This document shows, one piece after another, positions 28,857 to 36,217 of a DNA stretch of 37,504 nt; positions within the stretch are counted from its first letter, which is position 1, and every line of letters starts with the position of its first letter. Where the stretch lies: IMG/VR virus record IMGVR_UViG_649989947_000021; one strand, given 5' to 3'. The notes under the pieces are model-generated. The model did no database searches and was not told the DNA's origin. It saw only the letters and a program-made list of their open reading frames with translations. Position numbers and translations under genes: made by a program. The stretch is from a virus. Lineage: Duplodnaviria; Heunggongvirae; Uroviricota; Caudoviricetes.

Positions 28857-29225
28857 TCACTTAAATTTCGTCGCACGAATAACGTCAATTCCGTTCTCGC
28901 TATATCGAAGAGGGTGCTTACCATCCCTGAGCAGGACAAAGCCTGACATCCCCTCAGGTAGCTGAGCCAGCTTCATCAACGAACGGTTGCGGGGAGACTT
29001 CTTATCGACCTCAATGGCACACTGCTGGCCGTCTGATGATGTAACCAGGCAATCAATAAACCCTTTACGACCACCGCTAATGCTGATGCTGAAATTGCGT
29101 TGCAGATGGTATCCCTGAGACTTGATTTTTTTCTGCATCACATAATCGAAAACGACTTTGTCATCGGAGCGAATGAATTGCTCTTCCAGGAGAGTGATTA
29201 AATTTTGCTTCAGGTCTTCACTCAT
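28857..29225 (-). CDS. hypothetical protein, possible PD-(D/E)xK nuclease fold
   Basis: 122-aa ORF; motif GFIDCLV ... AIEVDKK resembles PD-(D/E)xK; weak assignment. Confidence 0.35.
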   Translation of the reverse strand: MSEDLKQNLITLLEEQFIRSDDKVVFDYVMQKKIKSQGYHLQRNFSISISGGRKGFIDCLVTSSDGQQCAIEVDKKSPRNRSLMKLAQLPEGMSGFVLLRDGKHPLRYSENGIDVIRATKFK

Positions 29226-29474
29226 ACTTTTTTATCCATCTTGTACTAGCTTTCTGGTACAGCCGTTTTTTCAGGGGTATCCCCCTTTAGATCGAGATCT
29301 ACCTAACCTATGTACCCGTCTGTTGGAAAAGCCTGTTCCAGTGCTTCGCACTAACACACGGGCACTCCTCCCCCTCCCCTCCTCTCATTGAATTTTGTGC
29401 GTACTCTTTAACTAGTACAAAAATGCAATGAGATTTGGGATTCAGCCACCGGACACCTTTAAGCCCGGTACCAA

Positions 29475-29768
29475 TCAGGAGCGCGATTGCGTTCCTGCCA
29501 GGGGCGGCTGAGTTGTATACCCCTGTAAAGCTCTGCCCTGATTTCTCACAAACAAGCGGAGCCTTGTGTTTGCTTCGTGCCTTGCTCTGTTCTCCTTGCG
29601 GAATGAAACAGGCTCAGCGTCAAAAGTGATTTCGTATACCTCCGCATATTTCAGGGCGACCTTCCGTCTCAGTGACGGAGGCAGCCCCTGTAACTGCTGC
29701 TGAATCCACTCTTCGTCTGCCTGGCAGTGCCTAGATGGCATCTCTGTCTGAACGTAATTCTGGGACAT
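29475..29768 (-). CDS. hypothetical protein in the cII position
   Basis: 97-aa ORF, 12 nt downstream of the cro-like stop, with GAAGGG ribosome-binding site; no similarity to lambda cII that I can see. Confidence 0.5.
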   Translation of the reverse strand: MSQNYVQTEMPSRHCQADEEWIQQQLQGLPPSLRRKVALKYAEVYEITFDAEPVSFRKENRARHEANTRLRLFVRNQGRALQGYTTQPPLAGTQSRS

Positions 29769-29780
29769 ACAAGCCCTTCA

Positions 29781-30053
29781 TCATTCGTTTTTCATAACTG
29801 CCGCATTTGTGGCTGTGTGACTTCTACGTAACAAATCAGGGATTGCATCTTCAGGATGGGGATAAAGATCTGGTCTTAACCCATGAGGAGTAACTTTCCA
29901 TTCCACAACTTCACATACACGCAAGACGAAACGAGCAGGAATTGTTCTTTTTGAAAACCATTGGTTCACAGCTTGCGGCGTAACGCCTAGATTTCGCGCT
30001 ATGGCATTTTGTGCAATTAGCTCACGAAGTGCGTCGTAATCATTTCCTTTCAT
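29781..30053 (-). CDS. cro: Cro-like HTH repressor (YdaS-like)
   Basis: 90-aa ORF MKGNDYDALRELIAQNAIARNLGVTPQAVNQWFSKRTIP... with helix-turn-helix; divergent from cI across an operator region. Confidence 0.7.
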   Translation of the reverse strand: MKGNDYDALRELIAQNAIARNLGVTPQAVNQWFSKRTIPARFVLRVCEVVEWKVTPHGLRPDLYPHPEDAIPDLLRRSHTATNAAVMKNE

Positions 30054-30187
30054 CGCAACCCACCAATCTAAACTTTATAAATTCAAGATTACATCAAGTT
30101 TAAATTAACATGCAAGTCCACAAAAGATCGAATACACTAAAATCAAGTAAAAATTTATCGAAACCAAGTAACCAGCAAGGATTAACA
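30054..30187. promoter_or_regulatory. OR-like region with divergent promoters and repeated AATCAAGT-type motifs
   Basis: Intergenic between cro-like (minus) and cI (plus); repeated CAAGT-containing motifs including the 13-mer AAATCAAGTAAAA at 30140..30152; candidate minus-strand promoter -35 TTGCAT (30115..30110), 16-bp spacer, -10 TGTAAT (30093..30088). Confidence 0.45.
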
Positions 30188-30877
30188 ATGAAAAACTTAA
30201 AGAGCACTGAAAATCGAATTACAAAGCTGCTACAGGAGAAAGGCTGGAGCCAAGCAGAGCTGGCCCGAAAATTAGGTGTCAGCGCACAGTCCGTACAGTA
30301 CTGGACAACAGGAAAAACATTTCCAAGGGGAAACCGGCTTGCCCAGTTATCCGAAATAAGTGGTTATCCGCAATCGTGGTTTTTAGGAGAAATCACGTCA
30401 CGGCAGTTCTCTTCAAAGGAAAAACATCAAGCAAGAACTGACAGTGTGGTCTTTAACGTGCTCGATGTTGAGTTTAGTTGCGGCGATGGAACACATGTCC
30501 GTGGGGACTTTATCGATGTAGTTCGCTCAATCGAGCTTGATCCTGAATATGCCCGTCGCCTTGTTGGCAATAGAGCATTTCAAAACATAGAGATTGGTAA
30601 CGCAAGAGGAGATAGTATGGCTCCAACAATAGCCCCAGGAGATCTTCTTTTTCTCGATAAAACAGTGAATTACTTTGATGGTGATGGCATTTATGCTTTT
30701 TGCTTTGATGGTGAATGCTACGTCAAAAGATTACAAAAGATAGGAAGTAAAATCATGGTGTTATCTGATAACCCAAATTACCAATCCTGGAGCATTGAAA
30801 AAGATGCTCTTGAGCTGCTTTATATCCAATCGAAGGTAATCTCATCTGTTCCATTCAATATAAATAGATTTGGTTAA
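30188..30877 (+). CDS. cI: CI-like repressor (HTH_XRE N-terminus plus S24 LexA-like autopeptidase C-terminus)
   Basis: HTH LLQEKGWSQAELARKLGVSAQSVQYW; C-terminal GDSMAPTI ... K motif; start set at ATG 30188 with AGGA upstream; an alternative upstream ATG at 30110 exists. Confidence 0.85.
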   Translation: MKNLKSTENRITKLLQEKGWSQAELARKLGVSAQSVQYWTTGKTFPRGNRLAQLSEISGYPQSWFLGEITSRQFSSKEKHQARTDSVVFNVLDVEFSCGDGTHVRGDFIDVVRSIELDPEYARRLVGNRAFQNIEIGNARGDSMAPTIAPGDLLFLDKTVNYFDGDGIYAFCFDGECYVKRLQKIGSKIMVLSDNPNYQSWSIEKDALELLYIQSKVISSVPFNINRFG

Positions 30878-30939
30878 TTATTGATTATTAAAGAAAAATT
30901 TACAAATCAAGTAAAAGAGACGCAGAAATCAATTTTTTC

Positions 30940-30969
30940 TTGACAACTCCATCAATCAAGATCTAACAT
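30940..30969 (+). promoter_or_regulatory. PL-like early-left promoter
   Basis: -35 TTGACA (30940..30945), 18-bp spacer, -10 TAACAT (30964..30969); flanked by AATCAAGT-type motifs including AAATCAAGTAAAA at 30904..30916. Confidence 0.45.
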
Positions 30970-31023
30970 CACACCATCAATTTTGACTTGATTTATTGTT
31001 AATTTTAAATTGATGGTGATTCA

Positions 31024-31452
31024 ATGAAAGATCTGACAACCGCTGAGATATCGAACTTAAACCACTTCGAAAAAGAATCCTTTGCATTAAATATTGCAAA
31101 TCTGGTAGGTGCTGCTCGTACTTTCCATTTAATTGATGGTGATCGCTCTAAAGAATTGGGGTTTGAAGTCATGGAGTTTGTTCATGAATACGCCCTGTCT
31201 GCTACTTATCCATTACATAATCACATAATCAACAAACAACCAAATAAAATCCGCACCCAACGCGAAGCCTGCGGCTTAACAACCGCCGAACTCGCCAGGC
31301 TGCTCGATCTCGATGAAGAAATTATCATCCAGTGGGAAAGCGGAGAGTACGAACCAACCATCAGCATGCTTATCCCTCTGGCTAATGTTCTTGGCTGTGA
31401 TCCAATGTTGTTATTGACTGATGCTTATAAACAAAATCAGGAGGAAGCATAA
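31024..31452 (+). CDS. first early-left gene: protein with C-terminal HTH_XRE domain and unknown N-terminal domain
   Basis: 142-aa ORF; C-terminal GLTTAELARLLDLDEEIIIQWESGEYEPTISMLIPLANVLGCDP is HTH_XRE-like; not N-like. Confidence 0.6.
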   Translation: MKDLTTAEISNLNHFEKESFALNIANLVGAARTFHLIDGDRSKELGFEVMEFVHEYALSATYPLHNHIINKQPNKIRTQREACGLTTAELARLLDLDEEIIIQWESGEYEPTISMLIPLANVLGCDPMLLLTDAYKQNQEEA

Positions 31453-31453
31453 G

Positions 31454-31645
31454 ATGAAAATGTTCAAAGGCCTTACCAACGAACCGGAGACAGCTTTTCA
31501 TCACATTGCCGTACTGCTTGAAGCGGGGTTAATCATTTCGGCTTCCGGTGATGAAGAATGTGATGAACTTTCGGATGATATCTTTTTACTGGCACAACAA
31601 TACGCCAAAAGCGCATGCGATGCATTTAAGGAGCAAAGAACATGA
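31454..31645 (+). CDS. small acidic protein
   Basis: 63-aa ORF MKMFKGLTNEPETAFHHIAVLLEAGLIISASGDEECDELSDD...; GGAGG upstream; starts 1 nt after the previous stop. Confidence 0.5.
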   Translation: MKMFKGLTNEPETAFHHIAVLLEAGLIISASGDEECDELSDDIFLLAQQYAKSACDAFKEQRT

Positions 31646-31833
31646 TAACTCCATTAAATATTCTTGAGGAAGTGGCGGCACAAATAAAAGAGAATACATC
31701 AATGCTTGAATTTATATTTAAGAATTCGCCCGACCAAGGAGAGACAGACGATTATTTATGCTGTCTCATTCGCTCCATGAATAAGACCTGTGAAATGGCT
31801 TACGAGTATATAGAAACACTACGCAACGAATAA
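31642..31833 (+). CDS. small acidic protein
   Basis: 63-aa ORF MITPLNILEEVAAQIKENTSMLEFIFKNSPDQGETDDYLCC...; ATGA overlap with the previous gene; AAGGAG upstream. Confidence 0.5.
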   Translation: MITPLNILEEVAAQIKENTSMLEFIFKNSPDQGETDDYLCCLIRSMNKTCEMAYEYIETLRNE

Positions 31834-32017
31834 AGAACACTCAGTAAAAAATCACACATAAAAACATGACGGCCTCTGGTCGTGGATTTCCACAACCAGA
31901 AAATAATGGTGATGCATGAAAAATAGAAACGCTTATAAAACCGCATTATTAATGGCTAATGCAGGATACTGGTCAGTTGCAATACTGTTTCTCAGAAAAG
32001 CATACGGGAAATAACAA

Positions 32018-32377
32018 ATGGCATGTACAACCATTTATAAAGATCGTCGCCGCATGGTAACAGCGGCACTCCGGCGGATGCAACGTAAAACAGGTAGTAA
32101 TCTGCTCGTCGTTGACCTCCCGGACGGAGAAATAACAACGATAGAAATAACTGAACAGTTCATGAACCAGTTGTTATTACGATTTGAGGGTCTTACCCGT
32201 GTTGAATATGGACGGACGGAAGGAGAAGCAACAATCCGTACCGCATACCAGAATGCCATCGGTATTAATCAACACACGGAATATCTCACTGAATCAGGGA
32301 AACTGATAGTGGACGGCCTTTTAAAAGAGGTTGTTGACTACGTAAAAGAGAAATATATCAGTGGAGGAATTAACTGA
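32018..32377 (+). CDS. hypothetical protein
   Basis: 119-aa ORF. Confidence 0.5.
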   Translation: MACTTIYKDRRRMVTAALRRMQRKTGSNLLVVDLPDGEITTIEITEQFMNQLLLRFEGLTRVEYGRTEGEATIRTAYQNAIGINQHTEYLTESGKLIVDGLLKEVVDYVKEKYISGGIN

Positions 32378-32586
32378 TGTCTGATTTATCCCCTCTTATA
32401 CACGAAAAAGTACAGATCATTATGACGATTGAAAATGGTCAGGTAATAAATACCCGTAAAGTTCACAATAACGAGATGATTGCCAGCATGGATACCTTCT
32501 TGTGGATAGCAAAGAAAGCGGGATATCAGGTAATCGCTCCTGATCTGGAGGAAATCGGTGACATTAACAGCAATACGAATTCCTGA
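32377..32586 (+). CDS. hypothetical small protein
   Basis: 69-aa ORF; start overlaps the previous stop; GGAGG upstream. Confidence 0.45.
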   Translation: MSDLSPLIHEKVQIIMTIENGQVINTRKVHNNEMIASMDTFLWIAKKAGYQVIAPDLEEIGDINSNTNS

Positions 32587-32779
32587 GTGGGTGCACCTGC
32601 AGGCGGTCCGTGTTCTCCGCCAGTTCAGAGCCAGACGAATTCATCCCTGTCGTATGCACGGCTCCGGAAACCTGAGTCTGAGGGTTAATCGCCGCTGGCG
32701 GCTGCTGTCCCGAGACGGCGGCCAGAACTGGGAAGTAATGAGCCATGAACGATACAGCAAAGTTAAGGACCGGAAATGA
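32558..32779 (+). CDS. HigB-like (RelE/ParE superfamily) toxin homolog, probably an N-terminally replaced remnant
   Basis: GTG start with GGAGG 7 nt upstream; IHPCRMHGSGNLSLRVNRRWRLLSRDGGQNWEVMSHERY resembles the HigB C-terminus (LHPLKGDREGYWSITVRANWRITFQFINGDAYILNYEDYH) by recall; homology lies in a GC-rich patch between two EcoRI sites. Confidence 0.4.
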   Translation: MTLTAIRIPEWVHLQAVRVLRQFRARRIHPCRMHGSGNLSLRVNRRWRLLSRDGGQNWEVMSHERYSKVKDRK

Positions 32780-32812
32780 ACAATAAACCTTCAAACCAAA
32801 AGGAGAGTATTG

Positions 32813-33391
32813 ATGATTAATTCAACCATTACCCCTGAACCTACATTAACAGGCATCCGTTTTGGTAATCGAATTATTGGTTATTCAACTGCGGTTCGCC
32901 AGATCGACAACGGTAACTATGACAAACGAATTCCGGACGGGCTCGATCTGATAGCTTGCATTATGGAAGGGATTGAAAGCGGCTGGTTTATGCCGTGTAT
33001 TGAAAAACAAATCATCCTATGGCGCTGGCTTGTTGTCGCCGTGTTCATTGCTGAGGAGCAGGAGAAGAACGGGACTGTCGATGTTCAGAATGACAAGGGC
33101 GGCGTAGATACAGCCGTTGTATACACAGGAAAACCCGGTTCAATCAGCATTTATCCATGGTCTGAGCGCTTCGCGCTCGCTAACCATATCGAGGCGGGCG
33201 CAATTGAAAAATACGGGCCTGACGTTGGCCAGCAGATGGCGCTGCGTATGTATCAGGACATGGTTGTAACTGACGAGAAATGCGGATTCAGGCTGTCAGC
33301 GATGGGCCGGGAGGGACTCAACATACTACATGACAGCTTCATTGAACTGATTCAGAAAGACGGTATGCCAGACATGCCGGTTATGCACTGA
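32813..33391 (+). CDS. hypothetical protein
   Basis: 192-aa ORF with GGAG 6 nt upstream of ATG 32813. Confidence 0.55.
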   Translation: MINSTITPEPTLTGIRFGNRIIGYSTAVRQIDNGNYDKRIPDGLDLIACIMEGIESGWFMPCIEKQIILWRWLVVAVFIAEEQEKNGTVDVQNDKGGVDTAVVYTGKPGSISIYPWSERFALANHIEAGAIEKYGPDVGQQMALRMYQDMVVTDEKCGFRLSAMGREGLNILHDSFIELIQKDGMPDMPVMH

Positions 33392-33402
33392 GGTGGACGA
33401 AA

Positions 33403-34149
33403 ATGAACATAGTAACGATCAATAACAAACAGCTTCCGGCAGTCGAATATCGCGGTCAGCGTGTTGTGACGCTGGCGATGATTGATGAAGTCCACCAGCG
33501 ACCGGAAGGAACAGCGCGTGCAGCATTCAACCGAAACCGTGAGCATTTCATCAGCGGTGTGGATTATGCCGAATTAGGTGCGGACGTAATACGTACGGAC
33601 CTCCCGGAAGGAACATTCTCTAAATTTGCACCATCAGGGATTGTACTTTTTGAATCAGGTTACCTGATGTTGACGAAGCCATTCAATGACGCCCTTGCCT
33701 GGCAGGTTCAGCGCGAACTGGTTAACAGCTACTTCCGCACTCGCACACCGCTAACGGAAATCGAGATGATCGCTGCGATAGCCGCCGACGCTGTTCGTCA
33801 ACAGAAGCGCCTGAATCATGTGGAAGAACAGCTCGAAACAGTCACAGAAGCGGTGGAAACCATCAAACGCGGAAATATGCGCGCCGGATATGTCGGTTAT
33901 CGCCAGGTGGTCGCCAAAAGCGGAATGACTGATGCTAAGTGCCGCAATCTGGTCAATGCCTACAGCATCCCAACCGATACGCACGAATTTATGACACCAG
34001 ATGGTCTTCTTTCGCGCCGGGCTATCGTGGAGCTGGAGCCATTCATGAAAGCATTTCATCAGATGATGTCAGAGGCAGAGCCACGTGGTACCCGCTGGTA
34101 TCACCCGAAGATGGGGCTGTTTCAGGTGATTGGTTGGGAGGGTAAATAA
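33403..34149 (+). CDS. ORF6N-domain protein (antirepressor-like)
   Basis: N-terminal AVEYRGQRVVTLAMIDEVHQRPEGTARAAFNRNREHFISGVDYAEL resembles the ORF6N/Bro-N-type domain by recall; GAGGTGG upstream. Confidence 0.5.
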   Translation: MNIVTINNKQLPAVEYRGQRVVTLAMIDEVHQRPEGTARAAFNRNREHFISGVDYAELGADVIRTDLPEGTFSKFAPSGIVLFESGYLMLTKPFNDALAWQVQRELVNSYFRTRTPLTEIEMIAAIAADAVRQQKRLNHVEEQLETVTEAVETIKRGNMRAGYVGYRQVVAKSGMTDAKCRNLVNAYSIPTDTHEFMTPDGLLSRRAIVELEPFMKAFHQMMSEAEPRGTRWYHPKMGLFQVIGWEGK

Positions 34150-34487
34150 TGTCACTCATTACACAAAATTTCCGCCTCAATGCGCTGGCAAATCAGTATG
34201 CGGCGGCACTGCACAACCACATATCCGCCACCAGCGGTGGTCATTTCCTGATTAATGTCAATGGGCAATCCATACGAGTAAACATCATCGGTGGGGTTAA
34301 AGGCATCAGGGACTTAATCGATGGTTATGCTCTGAAGGCTATCAAAGAAAATTACCCCCAATGGGAAGCCGTTGGTATTCAACTGTTAAGCAAATGCGTT
34401 CGTGGAAACGAGCTGACGCAAAGCGGCAAAGAAATCTGGCAGAGCATGGTCAACGACATGAGCGATACCGTTATGGGGAACATGTAA
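34149..34487 (+). CDS. hypothetical protein
   Basis: 112-aa ORF; TAATG overlap with the previous gene. Confidence 0.5.
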   Translation: MSLITQNFRLNALANQYAAALHNHISATSGGHFLINVNGQSIRVNIIGGVKGIRDLIDGYALKAIKENYPQWEAVGIQLLSKCVRGNELTQSGKEIWQSMVNDMSDTVMGNM

Positions 34488-34709
34488 ATGAAAATCCAAT
34501 ACCAGGACTATGGCGCCGTAGCGAACATCGTGATCACCAGTTCCTGCCTGACATTGCAAAAGCATAACCGCGTTGTTGATGCGGTGCTGTTTAATGTACA
34601 GGGGATCTCTGAAAACCGCAGCGGCTTTTTCTGGGTTAAGTCATCGTTGTCAGGAAAAACACGCGACATCCTGCGCGCCTACAAAATCGTACAGCGGGAG
34701 GCAAAGTGA
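34488..34709 (+). CDS. hypothetical protein
   Basis: 73-aa ORF starting right after the previous stop. Confidence 0.45.
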   Translation: MKIQYQDYGAVANIVITSSCLTLQKHNRVVDAVLFNVQGISENRSGFFWVKSSLSGKTRDILRAYKIVQREAK

Positions 34710-34804
34710 TGAAGTCATTCCTCCTGTCCATACTGTTTAGTCTGCTGCTGGCGTCCGTCGTTTTCGGTACGCTGATTGAATATAAATTTTTAATGAATTA
34801 CTGA
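34709..34804 (+). CDS. 31-aa hydrophobic single-helix micro-protein
   Basis: GGGAGG then 8 nt then ATG overlapping the previous stop (TGATG); encodes MKSFLLSILFSLLLASVVFGTLIEYKFLMNY; below the ORF-track size cutoff. Confidence 0.45.
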   Translation: MKSFLLSILFSLLLASVVFGTLIEYKFLMNY

Positions 34805-34812
34805 GGTGCGGG

Positions 34813-34968
34813 GTGGGCAAGATCAAAAACCCAGTTGTACTTATCCATAAGCGAGAAAATAGTGACTCCTACGCCGTTACAATCACCTGCGGTAGCCAGA
34901 ACTATCACGACGCCGTTCTGATGGCGTCGATGGAACTGGATATGAGTGACGATGATGTCGATACCTAG
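34813..34968 (+). CDS. possible 51-aa acidic small protein
   Basis: GTG start 5 nt after GAGG; MGKIKNPVVLIHKRENSDSYAVTITCGSQNYHDAVLMASMELDMSDDDVDT; fills the gap to the next gene. Confidence 0.3.
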   Translation: MGKIKNPVVLIHKRENSDSYAVTITCGSQNYHDAVLMASMELDMSDDDVDT

Positions 34969-34986
34969 AGTAAAACAGGCTATTAC

Positions 34987-35442
34987 ATGGCTGAAGAAAT
35001 CGAGCGACTGAAACAAGCACTTTCCGCTGCGGAAAATAATCTGATTGATTCCGAATGCCTCGTAGCTGAATTAAGCAAAGCAAAGGATCACGCATATGGG
35101 CTGGTCGACACATACGACTGGCAACGTCAGCGTCTCCACGCAGCCGCTGAGAAAGTCCTCAAATGGTGCAGACAAGAAGCTGAACACCGTACCGGCGATC
35201 CAGAGAAAGCAGAAAACTATGCGTGCGTTAAAGAACTACGCGACGCATTAACTTTTTGCAAAAGTTCTGAAAGCAGCAAGAAGAAAGGCCTGACTATCAC
35301 CCTGCCCGATATCACATCAAAGGCATTCTGGAGCGGTACCGGAAAAAACGCAAAATTCCATCCGGCAACCTATAAACGCTGGGTGAAAGAAGCTATTAAA
35401 CGGGATTGTGTTATTGCCGGGATCGGCGTGGAGGTGAAATGA
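34987..35442 (+). CDS. hypothetical protein
   Basis: 151-aa ORF MAEEIERLKQALSAAENNLIDSE... Confidence 0.55.
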   Translation: MAEEIERLKQALSAAENNLIDSECLVAELSKAKDHAYGLVDTYDWQRQRLHAAAEKVLKWCRQEAEHRTGDPEKAENYACVKELRDALTFCKSSESSKKKGLTITLPDITSKAFWSGTGKNAKFHPATYKRWVKEAIKRDCVIAGIGVEVK

Positions 35443-35525
35443 TGAATTGGCCTGAAGCATTCACCGCAGTAGGAGTTGCAATAGCGGTGGCATTTATTCT
35501 GTATTCGCTTTTCCGCTGGGGATAA
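35439..35525 (+). CDS. 28-aa hydrophobic micro-protein
   Basis: GGAGGTG then ATGATG overlapping the previous stop; encodes MMNWPEAFTAVGVAIAVAFILYSLFRWG. Confidence 0.4.
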   Translation: MMNWPEAFTAVGVAIAVAFILYSLFRWG

Positions 35526-35529
35526 AGGA

Positions 35530-35772
35530 ATGTTCGCTCTGATTCAACGTGGTCAGATATACACCGATAGTGCTGGCTACCCGATAAAAATTATTCGCTG
35601 CATAAACAACACTGTGTTGTACAGAAGAATGGATGGGCGAACACAGTCGGTAAAAATAAACGATTTTAATGAACTGTTTGAACGGATCGATCACCAGGAA
35701 TACCGACAAATTCTGGCAGAAACAGAGCAGGAAGCTCATCTGAAAAAATTACGAGCCATGAAAAGGAAGTAA
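35530..35772 (+). CDS. hypothetical protein
   Basis: 80-aa ORF with AAGGA upstream. Confidence 0.5.
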   Translation: MFALIQRGQIYTDSAGYPIKIIRCINNTVLYRRMDGRTQSVKINDFNELFERIDHQEYRQILAETEQEAHLKKLRAMKRK

Positions 35773-35775
35773 AGA

Positions 35776-35922
35776 ATGAATAAAGCATTTGAACGATGGG
35801 TCCACCAGCGTTACGGCAATCGCTATGACCTGACACGAGATGTTGACGGTTTCTACTGTCGTGAAATTGTGAAACGAATGTTTGAAGTGTGGTGCCACTG
35901 CCGTGGGCTGAGTGTTGTGTGA
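35776..35922 (+). CDS. 48-aa Cys-rich small protein (possible zinc-binding)
   Basis: AAGGAAG 6 nt upstream of ATG; MNKAFERWVHQRYGNRYDLTRDVDGFYCREIVKRMFEVWCHCRGLSVV. Confidence 0.35.
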   Translation: MNKAFERWVHQRYGNRYDLTRDVDGFYCREIVKRMFEVWCHCRGLSVV

Positions 35923-35929
35923 GGTTGGC

Positions 35930-36184
35930 ATGCAGACAATCATCTATCAGATAACCCCCAGCAAATGGTGTACGGAGAGAGTCCTCATTGCATCAACAGG
36001 GCTAAAGCCTGGCACCATTGAGCGGGCAAGAAGAAAGTCATGGATGCAGGGAAAAGAATACCGCCATTACGCTGTAGAAGGTGATCCGGGGCACTACAGT
36101 GAATGCCTGTACAACATCGAAGAAATTATGCGATGGATCGAAAACCAGAAACAACCAGGTGCCAAAAATGCAAGTTCCGGTTAA
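35930..36184 (+). CDS. xis: putative excisionase
   Basis: 84-aa ORF MQTIIYQITPSKWCTERVLIASTGLKPGTIERARRKSW... immediately upstream of int; GAGG 5 nt upstream; assignment by position and size. Confidence 0.5.
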   Translation: MQTIIYQITPSKWCTERVLIASTGLKPGTIERARRKSWMQGKEYRHYAVEGDPGHYSECLYNIEEIMRWIENQKQPGAKNASSG

Positions 36185-36217
36185 CCTGTTAATGCTCCTG
36201 GACGTCTGGGAGGTTTA

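Noticed and set aside
28736-28939. 67-aa minus-strand ORF overlapping the helicase start
   Set aside because: Its first 48 codons overlap the preceding gene; only the last 19 codons, which have their own GAGGAGG ribosome-binding site, are plausible as an upstream ORF.
30110-30187. Upstream ATG that would add 26 residues to CI (leaderless-type start as in lambda PRM)
   Set aside because: The downstream ATG at 30188 has an AGGA ribosome-binding site and a typical spacing to the HTH; the upstream ATG overlaps the candidate -35 of the divergent promoter. Kept as an alternative, not the primary call.
32558-32779. Complete HigB/HigA toxin-antitoxin module
   Set aside because: The ORF is shorter than HigB toxins, the homologous part starts at an abrupt composition change, and neither neighbour has an HTH antitoxin; more consistent with a remnant.
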